Assembly (NCBI GenBank): GCA_963734495.1 | Contig: CAVTHK010000009.1 | Coordinates: forward strand, 160,001 to 224,000 | Reading direction: 5' to 3' | DNA length: 64,000 nt | From: an uncultured Spirochaetota bacterium | GTDB taxonomy: Bacteria > Spirochaetota > Spirochaetia > SZUA-6 > CAVTHK01 | The notes under the pieces: model-generated | Databases searched by the model: none | What the model was told of the DNA's origin: nothing | The model's input: only the letters and a program-made list of their open reading frames with translations | In this document: in pieces, positions 54,575 through 64,000 of the stretch | Position numbering within the stretch: position 1 is the stretch's first letter | Layout: each line of letters starts with the position of its first letter | Program-made: the position numbers and the translations under genes

Positions 54575-55306
54575 TCATCGGTACGTGTCGATGTCGGCGC
54601 CGCGGCGATCGATCTTCGGCCGCGCCGCGTCGGCGCCCTCTTCTCGCGTCCTGCGGCGGATCCAGCGGTCGTACCAGGCCCGCTGCTCGTCGTCGCTCAT
54701 GTCGCCGGGGGCGTCCTCGGCGAGGGCGCGATGGCGGAGGCTGAAGAGCGTGACCGCCACGGAGACCGAGAGGTTCAGGCTCTGCGTAAAGCCGCACATC
54801 GGGATGAGGAAGCGGCCGTCGGCGCCGGCGATCGCGTCGGGGGAGGCGCCGCCTTCCTCGTTGCCGAAGACGAGCGCCAGCGGCTGGCGGTCGAGCCGGC
54901 CGGCGAGCTCGTGCGGGTCGACCACCGCGTCGGCGCAGAGGTCGGCGGCGAGAACGGCGAAGCCGTCGGCGCGCAGGTCCGCGTACAGCGGCTGGATGTT
55001 CTTGTAGACCCTGAGGTCCGTGTAGAGGTGAGCGCCCTGCGTGACCTGCCGGTTGACCTTGAAGCTGTTGCGCGAGGTGACCACCGCGATGCGGTGAACG
55101 CCGAAGGCGTCGCAGGTCCGGATCACCGCGGAGGCGTTGTGCGCGTCGTAGCAGTTGTCCACGACCACGCAGAGGCGCACGGTCCTCCGGGCGAGCACCT
55201 GCCGGTAGCGCTCCCGCCGCGTGTCCGAGAGCAGCCGGTCGTACGGGTGCGGGCCCACCGGCGAGTCGAGGCTCCTGCGAAAGGCGTAGGTGTCAAAGGA
55301 CTTCAT
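54575..55306 (-). CDS. trmH: SPOUT tRNA (Gm18) 2'-O-methyltransferase TrmH-like
   Basis: HNASAVIRTCDAFG, LVFGNEEGG and IPMCGFTQSLNLSVS. Confidence 0.85.
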   Translation of the reverse strand: MKSFDTYAFRRSLDSPVGPHPYDRLLSDTRRERYRQVLARRTVRLCVVVDNCYDAHNASAVIRTCDAFGVHRIAVVTSRNSFKVNRQVTQGAHLYTDLRVYKNIQPLYADLRADGFAVLAADLCADAVVDPHELAGRLDRQPLALVFGNEEGGASPDAIAGADGRFLIPMCGFTQSLNLSVSVAVTLFSLRHRALAEDAPGDMSDDEQRAWYDRWIRRRTREEGADAARPKIDRRGADIDTYR

Positions 55307-55390
55307 GACGGCGTCGCTCGCCGACACTCTAGAAGGGAAGCCCCCGGTTGTCCAGGGCGGGCGGCCCGCGGGCGGCGCACGGCGCCTGGT

Positions 55391-55507
55391 GCCCGGCGCG
55401 GCGCCTCCCGCCGTCCCGTCCGCACAAGGCGCCCGGCGCGCCCGAGCCGCCGTCTGGTCCGCGCACGGCCCGCGGCGCGCCCGAGCCGCCGTCTGGTCCG
55501 CGCAAGG
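55391..55507. repeat. 39-bp period tandem repeat (about 3 copies) in the divergent intergenic region
   Basis: CGGCGCGCCCGAGCCGCCGTCTGGTCCGCGCA is identical at 55434-55465 and 55473-55504, with a degenerate copy at 55391-55429. Confidence 0.85.
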
Positions 55508-55534
55508 ATAGGGGGATAAATTTCGAAGGCATCC

Positions 55535-58456
55535 ATGCGAAGGCAAACCGTCACGAGCCTGTTCGCCATCCTCCTCTTCGCCGCCGCGGCCGCCGCGGGC
55601 GCGCAGAGCAGCGCCGAGGACCAGCTCTTCCGCGAGGCGGAGGACCATTACCGCACGGGCAACACGCTCCTCGCCCTCGAACGCTTCGAGGATTTCGCCC
55701 GCCTGTACCCGCTCTCCGACCGCATGCCGGACGCCCAGTATCGCATCGGCGTCTGCCAGTACAGGCTCGGGCGCTATTCCGAGGCCGTCGACACGTTCCG
55801 CCGCGTCGAGAGCCGTTACGCCACGACCCGGTACATCGACCTGGTCTATTTCTGGGCGGGCATGGCCTCGTATCACCTCGGCAAGTGGGGCGACGCGATC
55901 GCGGCCTTCGAGCGGTTCGAAGGCAGGCTCGACGACCCCGAGACGGGCGCGCAGGCGCTGCTCTACCGCGCCCTGAGCGAGGCCGCGCTCGGCGACAACG
56001 CCGCCGCGATCCGCTCGCTCAAGCGCCTCGTCGACGCCTACCCGGCCAGCCCCCTGAAGCCGCAGGCGCTGCTGCGCCAGATGGACCTCGGCCTGCGTTC
56101 GGGGGACGCCGCCGCGGTGCTCGCCATCGACGTCGCGGGCCTGGCCCCCGAGTGGCAGGCGCAGGGCCGCCTCTACCGGGCCGAAGCGCTCTGGCGCCTG
56201 GACCGCAGGCAGGAGGCGCAGCCGCTCTACGAATCGCTGCGCGGCGAGGCGCCCGCGCTCGCGACGTTGGCTTACCAGCGCCTCTTCGCCCTCGCGCAGG
56301 CCCGTGGAGACCTGGCGGGAATGGAGAGCCTCGCCCAGGAGGCGGAGCAGCGTCTCGGGGGCGACCCCGGCCTGCTCGCGGACCTGTGGCTGAGGGTGGG
56401 CGCCGAGAGCCTGCAGCGCAACGAGCTCGATTCCGCCGGCTATTTCCTGCGCAGGGCGTGGGACCGCGGCGCCGAAGCGCCCGCCGGCGACGGGTCGGCC
56501 AGGCACGACGAGGCGCTCTACCTGGCCGAGGTCCACATCCGCGCGGGCCGGCTGGACGATGCGGCTGCCGTGCTCTCGGCCGAGGCGGCGGGCAAAGGCA
56601 CCGACGTGACGCTCCGTCTCGCCGACGTCCGGTTGATGCAGGGCCGTTTCGCGGACGCAGCCGCGCTCTACGAGCGCGCGGCGGCCGCATCGCAGCCGGC
56701 GGGGTCGGACGAGCCCTCGCTGCTTCTCGCGTACTGCCGCTACCGGCTCGGAGACAACGCCGCGGCGCTCGCGATCACGACGCGGCTGCTGGCGTCGGGC
56801 GGCGCGCAGGGCGGCGCGAAGCCGCTGCGGGTCGAGACGCTGCGCCTCCACGCCGCGATCCTGGCCGCCCAGGGGTCGCTGGAGCAGGCCGCGGCCGCGC
56901 TCTCGGACCTGGTGGCGGCTTCGCCTTCGGATGGCCGCGCCGCGCTCGACCTGATGCGGCTGCAGTTCCGCCGCGGCGAGTACCAGCGGGTGGTGCAGCA
57001 GGCGGCGACGAGGCTCTCCGCGCCGCCGGCAAAGGGCGCGGGCGACCCCTATGCCCGCGTCGTCGCGCTCTACCTCAAGGGGCTTTCCGAAACGGCGCTC
57101 AAGCGCTACGCGGATGCCCTCGTCAGCCTCGATGCCATCACCCCGGCCGAGACCGCGGCCGCGGGGCTTTCGGTCATCGACCCCTACGTGCTCTACTACC
57201 GGGCCTGGGCGCGCTACAGGCGGGGGGATCTCGCCGGATCGCGCGACCTGCTCTCCTCGCTCCTCGATAAGTACCCCTCCCACGCCCTGAGGCAGGAAGC
57301 TCTCTACCTGGCCGGCTGGTGCCTCTTCAGCCTCTCGGACCACAACAAGGCGCTTCCCTACTTCAAGGAGGTGGCCGAGAGCACGGGACCGCGCGCCGAC
57401 CGCGCCGCCCTGCTGTACGGCAAGAGCCTCGCCGCCCTCGGCCGCAACGCGGAGGCGCTCGCCGTGTTCCAGAAGCTCGGGCAGAAGCCCGGAGACGTGG
57501 CCGGCGAAGCCCGCTTCGAGGCCGCCGGAACGCTGGCCGCCCTGGGCCGCGTCGACGAAGCGGCGGCGGCCTACCGCGATCTGGCCGCGGCGTACCCTTC
57601 GTCCCCCCTGGCCGAAGAGGCGCTCTATCGCCGCGGGACCCTGTTCCGAGAGGCCCGCCGGCCGGCCGACGCCGCGGCCGCGTTCACCGACTACCGCACG
57701 CGCTTCCCCGAAGGCAGGCAAATGGACGGCGCCCTGTACTGGGGCGGCCTCTCGTCGCAGGAGGACGGCCACGCCTTTGGCGCCGTGCTCCTGTGGGAGA
57801 TCCTGATCGACCGCTACAGGACGAGCTCCTTCCGCGCGGACGCGCTCAGGCGCACGGCCGCGATCTACGAGCAGCGCAACGAGACGGGCCGCTCCCTCGC
57901 GATGCTCGAGCGGCTGGCGGCGGACTACCCGGACCAGGCCGCGTCGGTGCGCGACAAGATCCGCGAGCTGCGCCTGGTGCAGGCGGGCGCGAGCGATCGG
58001 GAGGCTCAGCTGCGGGTGCGCGTCGACGGCGCGGGCGGCGCAAAGACCGCCGCGGGCCGTGCCGCGATGCTCGACCTGGCCGCGCTCGACGTTCACGAGA
58101 CCACGACGCGCGGCGTAGACGCCCGGGCCAGGGCGCTCGACGAAGCGGACCGGCTGCTGTCTTCGGTGCTCGCGAGCGGCGACGCAGCGCTCGCCCCGCG
58201 GGCGCATTACCTCCTCGCTGAAGTGCGGGACGCCAGGGGAAACCCCGTGGAGGCCGCCCGCGAGTTCCTCGCCGCGGCTGTCGCGGCGCCCGGCGACGCG
58301 GACCTGGCCCCCTCGGCTCTCTACCGCGCGGCCGAGGCCATGAGCCGCGCGGGCAAGCGCGAAGACACGCGCGCCCTGGTCGACCGGCTCGAGCGATCCT
58401 TCCCCGGCTCCTCGTGGACGCTGGAGGCGCGCAAGCTGCTGGAGGTGAGCCGGTGA
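55535..58456 (+). CDS. Exported multi-TPR protein (BamD/CpoB-like repeats)
   Basis: Signal peptide and many TPR units (YPLSDRMPDAQYRIG, YPSSPLAEEALYRRG). Confidence 0.88.
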   Translation: MRRQTVTSLFAILLFAAAAAAGAQSSAEDQLFREAEDHYRTGNTLLALERFEDFARLYPLSDRMPDAQYRIGVCQYRLGRYSEAVDTFRRVESRYATTRYIDLVYFWAGMASYHLGKWGDAIAAFERFEGRLDDPETGAQALLYRALSEAALGDNAAAIRSLKRLVDAYPASPLKPQALLRQMDLGLRSGDAAAVLAIDVAGLAPEWQAQGRLYRAEALWRLDRRQEAQPLYESLRGEAPALATLAYQRLFALAQARGDLAGMESLAQEAEQRLGGDPGLLADLWLRVGAESLQRNELDSAGYFLRRAWDRGAEAPAGDGSARHDEALYLAEVHIRAGRLDDAAAVLSAEAAGKGTDVTLRLADVRLMQGRFADAAALYERAAAASQPAGSDEPSLLLAYCRYRLGDNAAALAITTRLLASGGAQGGAKPLRVETLRLHAAILAAQGSLEQAAAALSDLVAASPSDGRAALDLMRLQFRRGEYQRVVQQAATRLSAPPAKGAGDPYARVVALYLKGLSETALKRYADALVSLDAITPAETAAAGLSVIDPYVLYYRAWARYRRGDLAGSRDLLSSLLDKYPSHALRQEALYLAGWCLFSLSDHNKALPYFKEVAESTGPRADRAALLYGKSLAALGRNAEALAVFQKLGQKPGDVAGEARFEAAGTLAALGRVDEAAAAYRDLAAAYPSSPLAEEALYRRGTLFREARRPADAAAAFTDYRTRFPEGRQMDGALYWGGLSSQEDGHAFGAVLLWEILIDRYRTSSFRADALRRTAAIYEQRNETGRSLAMLERLAADYPDQAASVRDKIRELRLVQAGASDREAQLRVRVDGAGGAKTAAGRAAMLDLAALDVHETTTRGVDARARALDEADRLLSSVLASGDAALAPRAHYLLAEVRDARGNPVEAAREFLAAAVAAPGDADLAPSALYRAAEAMSRAGKREDTRALVDRLERSFPGSSWTLEARKLLEVSR

Positions 58457-60072
58457 CCGTCAAGAGGTGGTTCGTTGCGGGCTCCCTGCTGGCGGCCGCG
58501 TGCCTCGCGCGCCCTGGCGCGCAGCCCCTGGACGCGGGCGAGCCGGAGCTGATCCTGCCGGACATCGTGCTGCGCATCGAGGACCTGACGGTGGAGAAGG
58601 TGATCGCGGGCCTGCCGGCGGAGGGCGAGCTTCTTCCGCCGCCCCTGCGGGTGCCGCCGCTGCCGGCGCTGCAGGAGCCGGTCGTCCGCGACGTCGAGCC
58701 GCCCATCGCCGCGCCGGGCGAGCCGGGAGCTGCGCCCGTCGGCGCGGGAGGGCTTTCGGCCGAGGCCGTCGTCGGCGCCGGGACCCTGAACCACACCTAC
58801 GGGCGGGTCGGGGTGTACCGCACCGGCGAAGGGCCGCGCTTCAGCCTTCGTTTCCTGCATGACATGGAAGACGGCCTCGGCGGCGAGGACCCCGGCTCCG
58901 GCTTCCACCAGCGCGAGGACCGCCTCGACGCCGACGTGAGGCTCCGCGGCGGCCGGCTCGAAGTCGACACCCAGGGGCACTTCAGCGACTCGGAACGCGG
59001 GCTCCAGGAGCAGGGGCCTTACTACGCCCGGACCCTGCGCGACCTGAACGGGTCGGTCGACCTGAGCTACGCCCTGGCCGATCGCCTGGCGCTGACCGGC
59101 GCGCTTGCGGTCGACTACGCGTCGGACCTGCTGTCAGGCTCGTCCAACCCGCTCGTGGCTGCGCGCAGCGACTCCGAGAGCTCGCTCGCGCCGCGCATCG
59201 GTCTGCGCTACAAGGCCGAGGGCTTCGAGGCGGCGCTGGTGGGCGGCTACACCTACACCGTGGGCTTCGAAGAGCTGCAGCGGGTGCGGGTGGACGCCTC
59301 GGTCTCGTGGGACCCGAGCGAGAGGGTCGGGCTCAAGGCGCAGGCCGGGTGGTACTGGAGCGACCCGATCGGGAGCCTTCTTCCATTCCAGCTCTCGTTC
59401 TCGGGGGCGTTCTCGCCCATCACGCTGGATGCGAGCGCGGGCTACCGCGTGACGCAGCTCGACTGGGGCAAGCTCCTCGCAGATCATCCGTTTGCGGACA
59501 TCACCTCCGACCCCGAGGACGACCGCGGCTGGTTCGCCGACGGCCGTCTCGGGATCGCGATCGCCACGGGGCTCTCGCTGCAGACGCGCCTCGGGTGGCA
59601 GCTCGAGGAGGCGATGCCCGACCCGGCGCTGCTGCCGGGCGACGTGCTCGACGCGGCGGGGCTGTTCGCGTTCTCGCAGACAAAGGCGGACCGCCTCACC
59701 GGCAGCGCGGGGCTGCGCTGGAATCCGAAGCCGATGCTGGGGCTGACGGCCGCGGTCGACGCCGAGCTCTTCGAGCGGCCGACGCTGGACCCGCGCTACG
59801 TGCTGCGCCTGCAGGCCGACGTTTCGCAGCCATCGGGGATCTGGGGGGCCTCGGCGACCGCGCGCCTCGAGCTCGAGAGCCAGGGAGACCCCGGGGGGAC
59901 CGCCGTGCCTTTCGTCGACGCGAGCGCCTTCTGGCGCGTTTCGGCTCCCGTGACGCTGAGCCTCGAAGGCGGGGACCTCTTCGCCTGGCTCATAGACGGG
60001 CCGCGCTACCGGAGCTATCCTTTCATCGAGCCCGGAACGAGCGTAATCCTGAAAGTGCAGATCAACCTGTAG
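58453..60072 (+). CDS. Putative outer-membrane beta-barrel protein
   Basis: Signal peptide, alternating beta-strand pattern, C-terminal LKVQINL. GTGA overlap with the TPR gene. Confidence 0.65.
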   Translation: MTVKRWFVAGSLLAAACLARPGAQPLDAGEPELILPDIVLRIEDLTVEKVIAGLPAEGELLPPPLRVPPLPALQEPVVRDVEPPIAAPGEPGAAPVGAGGLSAEAVVGAGTLNHTYGRVGVYRTGEGPRFSLRFLHDMEDGLGGEDPGSGFHQREDRLDADVRLRGGRLEVDTQGHFSDSERGLQEQGPYYARTLRDLNGSVDLSYALADRLALTGALAVDYASDLLSGSSNPLVAARSDSESSLAPRIGLRYKAEGFEAALVGGYTYTVGFEELQRVRVDASVSWDPSERVGLKAQAGWYWSDPIGSLLPFQLSFSGAFSPITLDASAGYRVTQLDWGKLLADHPFADITSDPEDDRGWFADGRLGIAIATGLSLQTRLGWQLEEAMPDPALLPGDVLDAAGLFAFSQTKADRLTGSAGLRWNPKPMLGLTAAVDAELFERPTLDPRYVLRLQADVSQPSGIWGASATARLELESQGDPGGTAVPFVDASAFWRVSAPVTLSLEGGDLFAWLIDGPRYRSYPFIEPGTSVILKVQINL

Positions 60073-60082
60073 GGGCGAGCCT

Positions 60083-61015
60083 ATGGAAGCCATGTACGAC
60101 AACCGGACTGACCGGCTGCTTGCGAGCGTCCTCGCTGCGCTGGCGCTGCACGCGGCGCTTCTCCTGCTCTTCGCGTTCGTCGGGGCCTTCTCGCCGTCGA
60201 CACCGCCGGTTCTTGTCTCCGTGACGCTGGAGACGCCGCAGCTTGCGGTGCAGCAGGAGTCGCGGCACGAGCACGCGGCGGCCGAGCCCGCGGCGCCGGC
60301 GTCGCCGCGCCGGCCGCGCGCGCCGCAGCGCGCCCGCGGCGGCGCCGTCGGCTGCCAACTACCAGGCGCCCAGCGCGCAGGAGCTCCAGAGGGCCATGAG
60401 CGCGCTCCGCGACAACCCGGCTCCCGTGTCGTCCGGCGACAAAGCTGCATCCGCCCTCGTACTGCCGCGGTCGACGGCTCCATCGCCTGACAACCTGGCG
60501 CCTCCTGCCGGCTACAAGCGCGAGGGGGACCTCTTGTTGCCGGCCCCCGGCGGGACCGCGGCCGCGCCGCCGCGCCAACCGGCGCAGGCGGGGCCGGCGC
60601 TCGACGTGGGCGCCTACGACCGGGCGCCGGTCCGGCGCGGCCGGCGCCGGCGCGACTGCCGCGGCGGGCGCGGCGCCGGCGAGCGGGCAGGGCCCGGCCG
60701 GCGCCGCCGCGGCGCCGCCACGGGCGACATCAGGTGGGAGACGCCGGGCGCCGCGAGGGTGATGGTAACCGACGTGCTTCCCGATATTCGAGAGGTGGCG
60801 GGATCTGCTGCCCCTGAGCGCGGAGGTCACTTTCCGGGTGGACGCCTCAGGCCTCGTGAGCAGCGTCAGCATCGTCAAGATCGAGCGGTTTCACCGAGGT
60901 CGGACAACGCGATCAGTGGCGGCGGTCGCGCCACTGGGTGTTCAAAGCGTCGCCGGGCACTCCCGCGGTGCAGGGGAGCAGGAGCATTGTCTTCAAGTCG
61001 GCCAACGCCCGCTGA
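60083..61015 (+). CDS. TonB-like energy transducer (frameshifted)
   Basis: N-terminal TM with S..H motif (SVLAALALHAALL), Pro/Ala-rich linker, and C-terminal domain pieces VTFRVDASGLVSSVSIVK...HWVFK. Confidence 0.7.
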
Positions 61016-61727
61016 ACCGGCCCGCGCGGCGGCGGCCGTCCTCGCCCTCGGCTGCGCGCTGCTGGCCTCCTGCACCACGCCCGAAGGCGCGCTGCGCGGC
61101 GGGCCTTCGGCGCGGGGATTCGTCCCCACGGCCGCGTTCATCCCGAATCCGGCGGGCGGCGCTGGGCTGGATGGGTTGCAGGCGCAGCTGGTCACGAATG
61201 CCAGGAGCTTCCTCGGACGCCGCACGATCGTGGTCGGCCGGCGCACCTTTACGGCTGACTGCACGGGGCTCGTGCTCGCGATCTACTTCTCCGTGGGAAT
61301 GGACCTGGAACAGGTGTTCCCCCGCTACCAGGGCGGCGGCGTCGCGCGGCTGCATGCGGCGATGGACGACAACCGGCTGCTGCACCGCGACCCCCGGCCG
61401 GATGCCGCGGACCTCATGTTCTGGGACAACACGTACGACGCGAACGGCGACGGCCGCTGGAACGACAGCCTGACGCACGTCGGGATGGTGATGGAAACGG
61501 GCGGCGACGGGACCGTGGCGTACATCCACTACGACTACCGGCGCGGCGTGGTGCTCGCGAGGATGAACCTGGCCCGGCCGTCCCTTGCGGGAGAGCGCGG
61601 CCCGGGCGGGACCTGGAACACGCTGAACTCGCCGATGCGCATGGACGGCACGTTCCGGCCCGGCGATCCCGTCCTCGCCGGGGAGCTCTTCCGCGACTAC
61701 GGGCGGGCGTACAAGCTGCCGCTGTGA
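60987..61727 (+). CDS. NlpC/P60 (CHAP-like) lipoprotein
   Basis: Lipobox LLASC, ADCTGLV, DLMFWDNTYD and THVGMV. Confidence 0.8.
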   Translation: MSSSRPTPAEPARAAAAVLALGCALLASCTTPEGALRGGPSARGFVPTAAFIPNPAGGAGLDGLQAQLVTNARSFLGRRTIVVGRRTFTADCTGLVLAIYFSVGMDLEQVFPRYQGGGVARLHAAMDDNRLLHRDPRPDAADLMFWDNTYDANGDGRWNDSLTHVGMVMETGGDGTVAYIHYDYRRGVVLARMNLARPSLAGERGPGGTWNTLNSPMRMDGTFRPGDPVLAGELFRDYGRAYKLPL

Positions 61728-61836
61728 CCCGGCGGGGGCCGGGCCTCGCAGCTCCCGTCTCGATCAAGCCGCTCCGTCCGTTGTCGATAACATAGGCAAC
61801 CCGCGGGAGGAGCGCCGGGCGCCGGCCGGCAGGCCG

Positions 61837-62819
61837 ATGGCGACCACGCGCAGGAAGACAGCGAACGGCGGCGGCAAGCCGCGAACGGCCGGGGCGGAAG
61901 CCCGCGAAGGCTCGGACCGGCGCCCGACGCAGGCCGCGCTCCTGATGGGCGTGATCGTGATGCTGCTCGCGATGGTGCTGGCTGTCCTGCCGCGCGTGCG
62001 CCGGGCGCGCGGCCGTCGCGGGCGCCGCGCCGCACCGCGACGCCGCAGCCCGAGGGTGGAGCGGAGCGGCAGGCGCGCTCCCGAACCGCAGCCGAGGAGC
62101 GCACGCCGCCGCCGGACAGCGCGGTCAGGACCCGCGCGATCGGTCCGCTCGTGGCCGCTCGCGTGCGCGTCGCCGTGGTGATCGACGACGTGGGGTACAA
62201 CCTCAAGGAGCTGGAGCCTTTCCTCCGGATACCGGGGCCGGTGACCTTCGCGATCCTGCCCGGGCTCCCGCACAGCACGGAGGCCGCCCGCCGCGTTGTC
62301 GCCGCGGGCAAGGAAGTCATCGTTCACATGCCCATGGAGCCGGTCGGGCCGGAAAACCCCGGCCCGGGCGCCATCCTGGTCTCCCAGAGCGATTCCGAGA
62401 TCCGGGAGCGGCTCGAGAGCGCCCTGCAGAGCGTGCCCGAGGCCCGGGGGATGAACAACCACATGGGCTCGCGCGCCGAAGCCGACCGCCGCGTGATGGG
62501 CGTGGTCATGGACACGCTGCGCGCACGGGGCCTCTTCTTTCTCGACAGCCGCACCACCGCGGGCACCGTCGCGCCGGAGTTGGCGGCGGAGCGGGAGGTG
62601 CCGCTGCTGGAGCGTTCGGTCTTCCTGGACAACGTCCCGGATCCGGCCGAGGTGGAGGCTCGTCTCCGCGACGGGCTTGCCGTCGCGGTCGAGAAGGGCG
62701 AGGCCGTCCTCATCGGCCACGTGCAGAGCCCGGCCACGCGCGAAGTGCTCGCCAGGGTGCTTCCCGGGCTCGCGGCCAAGGGCTTCGATCGGGTCGCACT
62801 CTCCGCCCTGCTGCCGTAG
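61837..62819 (+). CDS. Divergent polysaccharide deacetylase (frameshifted N-terminus)
   Basis: VVIDDVGY, HMPMEP, GMNNHMGS, FLDSRT, FLDN and LIGH. Confidence 0.88.
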
Positions 62820-62906
62820 CGCAGGCGGGGGCCTCCCCGGCGGCACACCCCCGCGATTCGCGCAGGGGGGCTTTCTCAGGAGTCCGATTCTTCGTATACA
62901 TCTCGC

Positions 62907-63920
62907 ATGAAGGTCCTCGGCATCGAGACGTCATGCGACGAATGCTCCGCCGCGGTCGTCGAAGACGGAAAGCGGATCCTGAGCAACGTCATCGCGACCC
63001 AGATCGAGTTCCACAAGCCCTACTACGGCGTCGTGCCCGAGATCGCTTCGCGCAAGCACCTGGAGTGGATCGACCCGGTGATCGAGGAGTCGCTGCGCGA
63101 GGCCGGGGTCGGCCTCGACGGCGTCGACGTCATCGCCGCGACCTACCGGCCCGGGCTCGTGGGGAGCCTTCTCGTCGGGCTCTGCTACGCCAAGGGTCTC
63201 GCCCTCGCCGCCGGCCGGCCCTTCGTCGGCGTCGACCACATCCAGGCGCATCTGTACGCGCCGCACCTGGGCGAGGAGATCGCTTACCCGTACATCGGCG
63301 TGATCGTTTCCGGAGGGCACACGATGATCGCCCTCGTGCGCAACTACGATCGCTTCGAGATCCTCGGGGCCACCATCGACGACGCCTGCGGCGAGGCGCT
63401 CGACAAGGTGGCCAAGTTCTACGATCTGGGCTACCCCGGAGGCGTCGCGATCGACCGCCTCGCGAAGAGCGGCCGGGCGGAAGCCTTCAATTTTCCCAAG
63501 CCCTCCCTCCACAAGGGCGACCACCGATACGACGTTTCCTACAGCGGGCTGAAGACCGCGGCGGTGAACCAGATCGACCAGTTCTGGGACCGCCGCTACG
63601 AGAAGAGCAAGGAGAACATTGCCGCGGCGTTCCAGAAGGCGGCGATCGACATCATCGTCGACCGGGCGCTCCTCGCGGTCGAGGACACCGGCATCCGCAC
63701 GGTGGTCGCCGGCGGCGGCGTGTCCGCCAACAGCTACCTGCGCGCGCGCCTCGGCTCCCAGCCGGGCCTGCGCGCCGTCTTCCCGCCGATGAAGCTCTGC
63801 ACCGACAACGGCGCGATGATCGCGGGACTCGCCTGGCACTACCACGTCACGGGCCGCGACTCGGCCTGGGACCTCAACGCGCAGGCGCGCGTGCCCGGCT
63901 TCCGCAAGCTCTATCCCTGA
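62907..63920 (+). CDS. tsaD: tRNA N6-adenosine threonylcarbamoyltransferase
   Basis: LGIETSCDE, GVVPEIASRKH, SGGHT, DDACGEALDK, SYSGLKTA and CTDNGAMIA. Confidence 0.97.
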   Translation: MKVLGIETSCDECSAAVVEDGKRILSNVIATQIEFHKPYYGVVPEIASRKHLEWIDPVIEESLREAGVGLDGVDVIAATYRPGLVGSLLVGLCYAKGLALAAGRPFVGVDHIQAHLYAPHLGEEIAYPYIGVIVSGGHTMIALVRNYDRFEILGATIDDACGEALDKVAKFYDLGYPGGVAIDRLAKSGRAEAFNFPKPSLHKGDHRYDVSYSGLKTAAVNQIDQFWDRRYEKSKENIAAAFQKAAIDIIVDRALLAVEDTGIRTVVAGGGVSANSYLRARLGSQPGLRAVFPPMKLCTDNGAMIAGLAWHYHVTGRDSAWDLNAQARVPGFRKLYP

Positions 63921-64000
63921 GCGGCGCAGGACGCGCCCCGCGCTTTTCGCCGCTCCCGATTCCGGCTATAACACGTACGTGGCTGTGCTCCTGCTGGTCT

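Noticed and set aside
55391-55507. Possible CRISPR array
   Set aside because: Units are directly tandem without unique spacers, and there are no cas genes.

Overview
GC-rich bacterial chromosomal DNA, probably from a spirochaete (inferred from the solute-binding protein N-termini and gene content). It is probably a long-read or metagenome assembly, because many genes are split by single-base frameshifts. Left part: U32 hydroxylase, lysS, nitroreductase and a GNAT enzyme. An intact three-tyrosine-recombinase (RIT) element at 6621-10019 then splits a DUF222/HNH nuclease gene inside its active-site motif. The element has a 5-bp junction duplication, 31-bp perfect inverted repeats, symmetric 94-bp end cassettes, an extra 20-bp palindrome carried within it, and a hairpin covering the first gene's RBS. 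Next come PIN toxin-antitoxin genes, an Fpg/Nei-like gene, a Rieske-less cytochrome b trio, a LuxR-ATPase regulator and pdxA. A carbohydrate region at about 23-52 kb holds LacZ, three paralogous GH2 enzymes with an unusual K-E catalytic motif, two GH42 paralogues, redox enzymes and two ABC importers. Right part: an RNase HII-like gene, an RpoS-like sigma factor behind a consensus sigma-54 promoter, trmH, a TPR/beta-barrel/TonB/NlpC envelope cluster and tsaD. No rRNA, tRNA or CRISPR array was seen.
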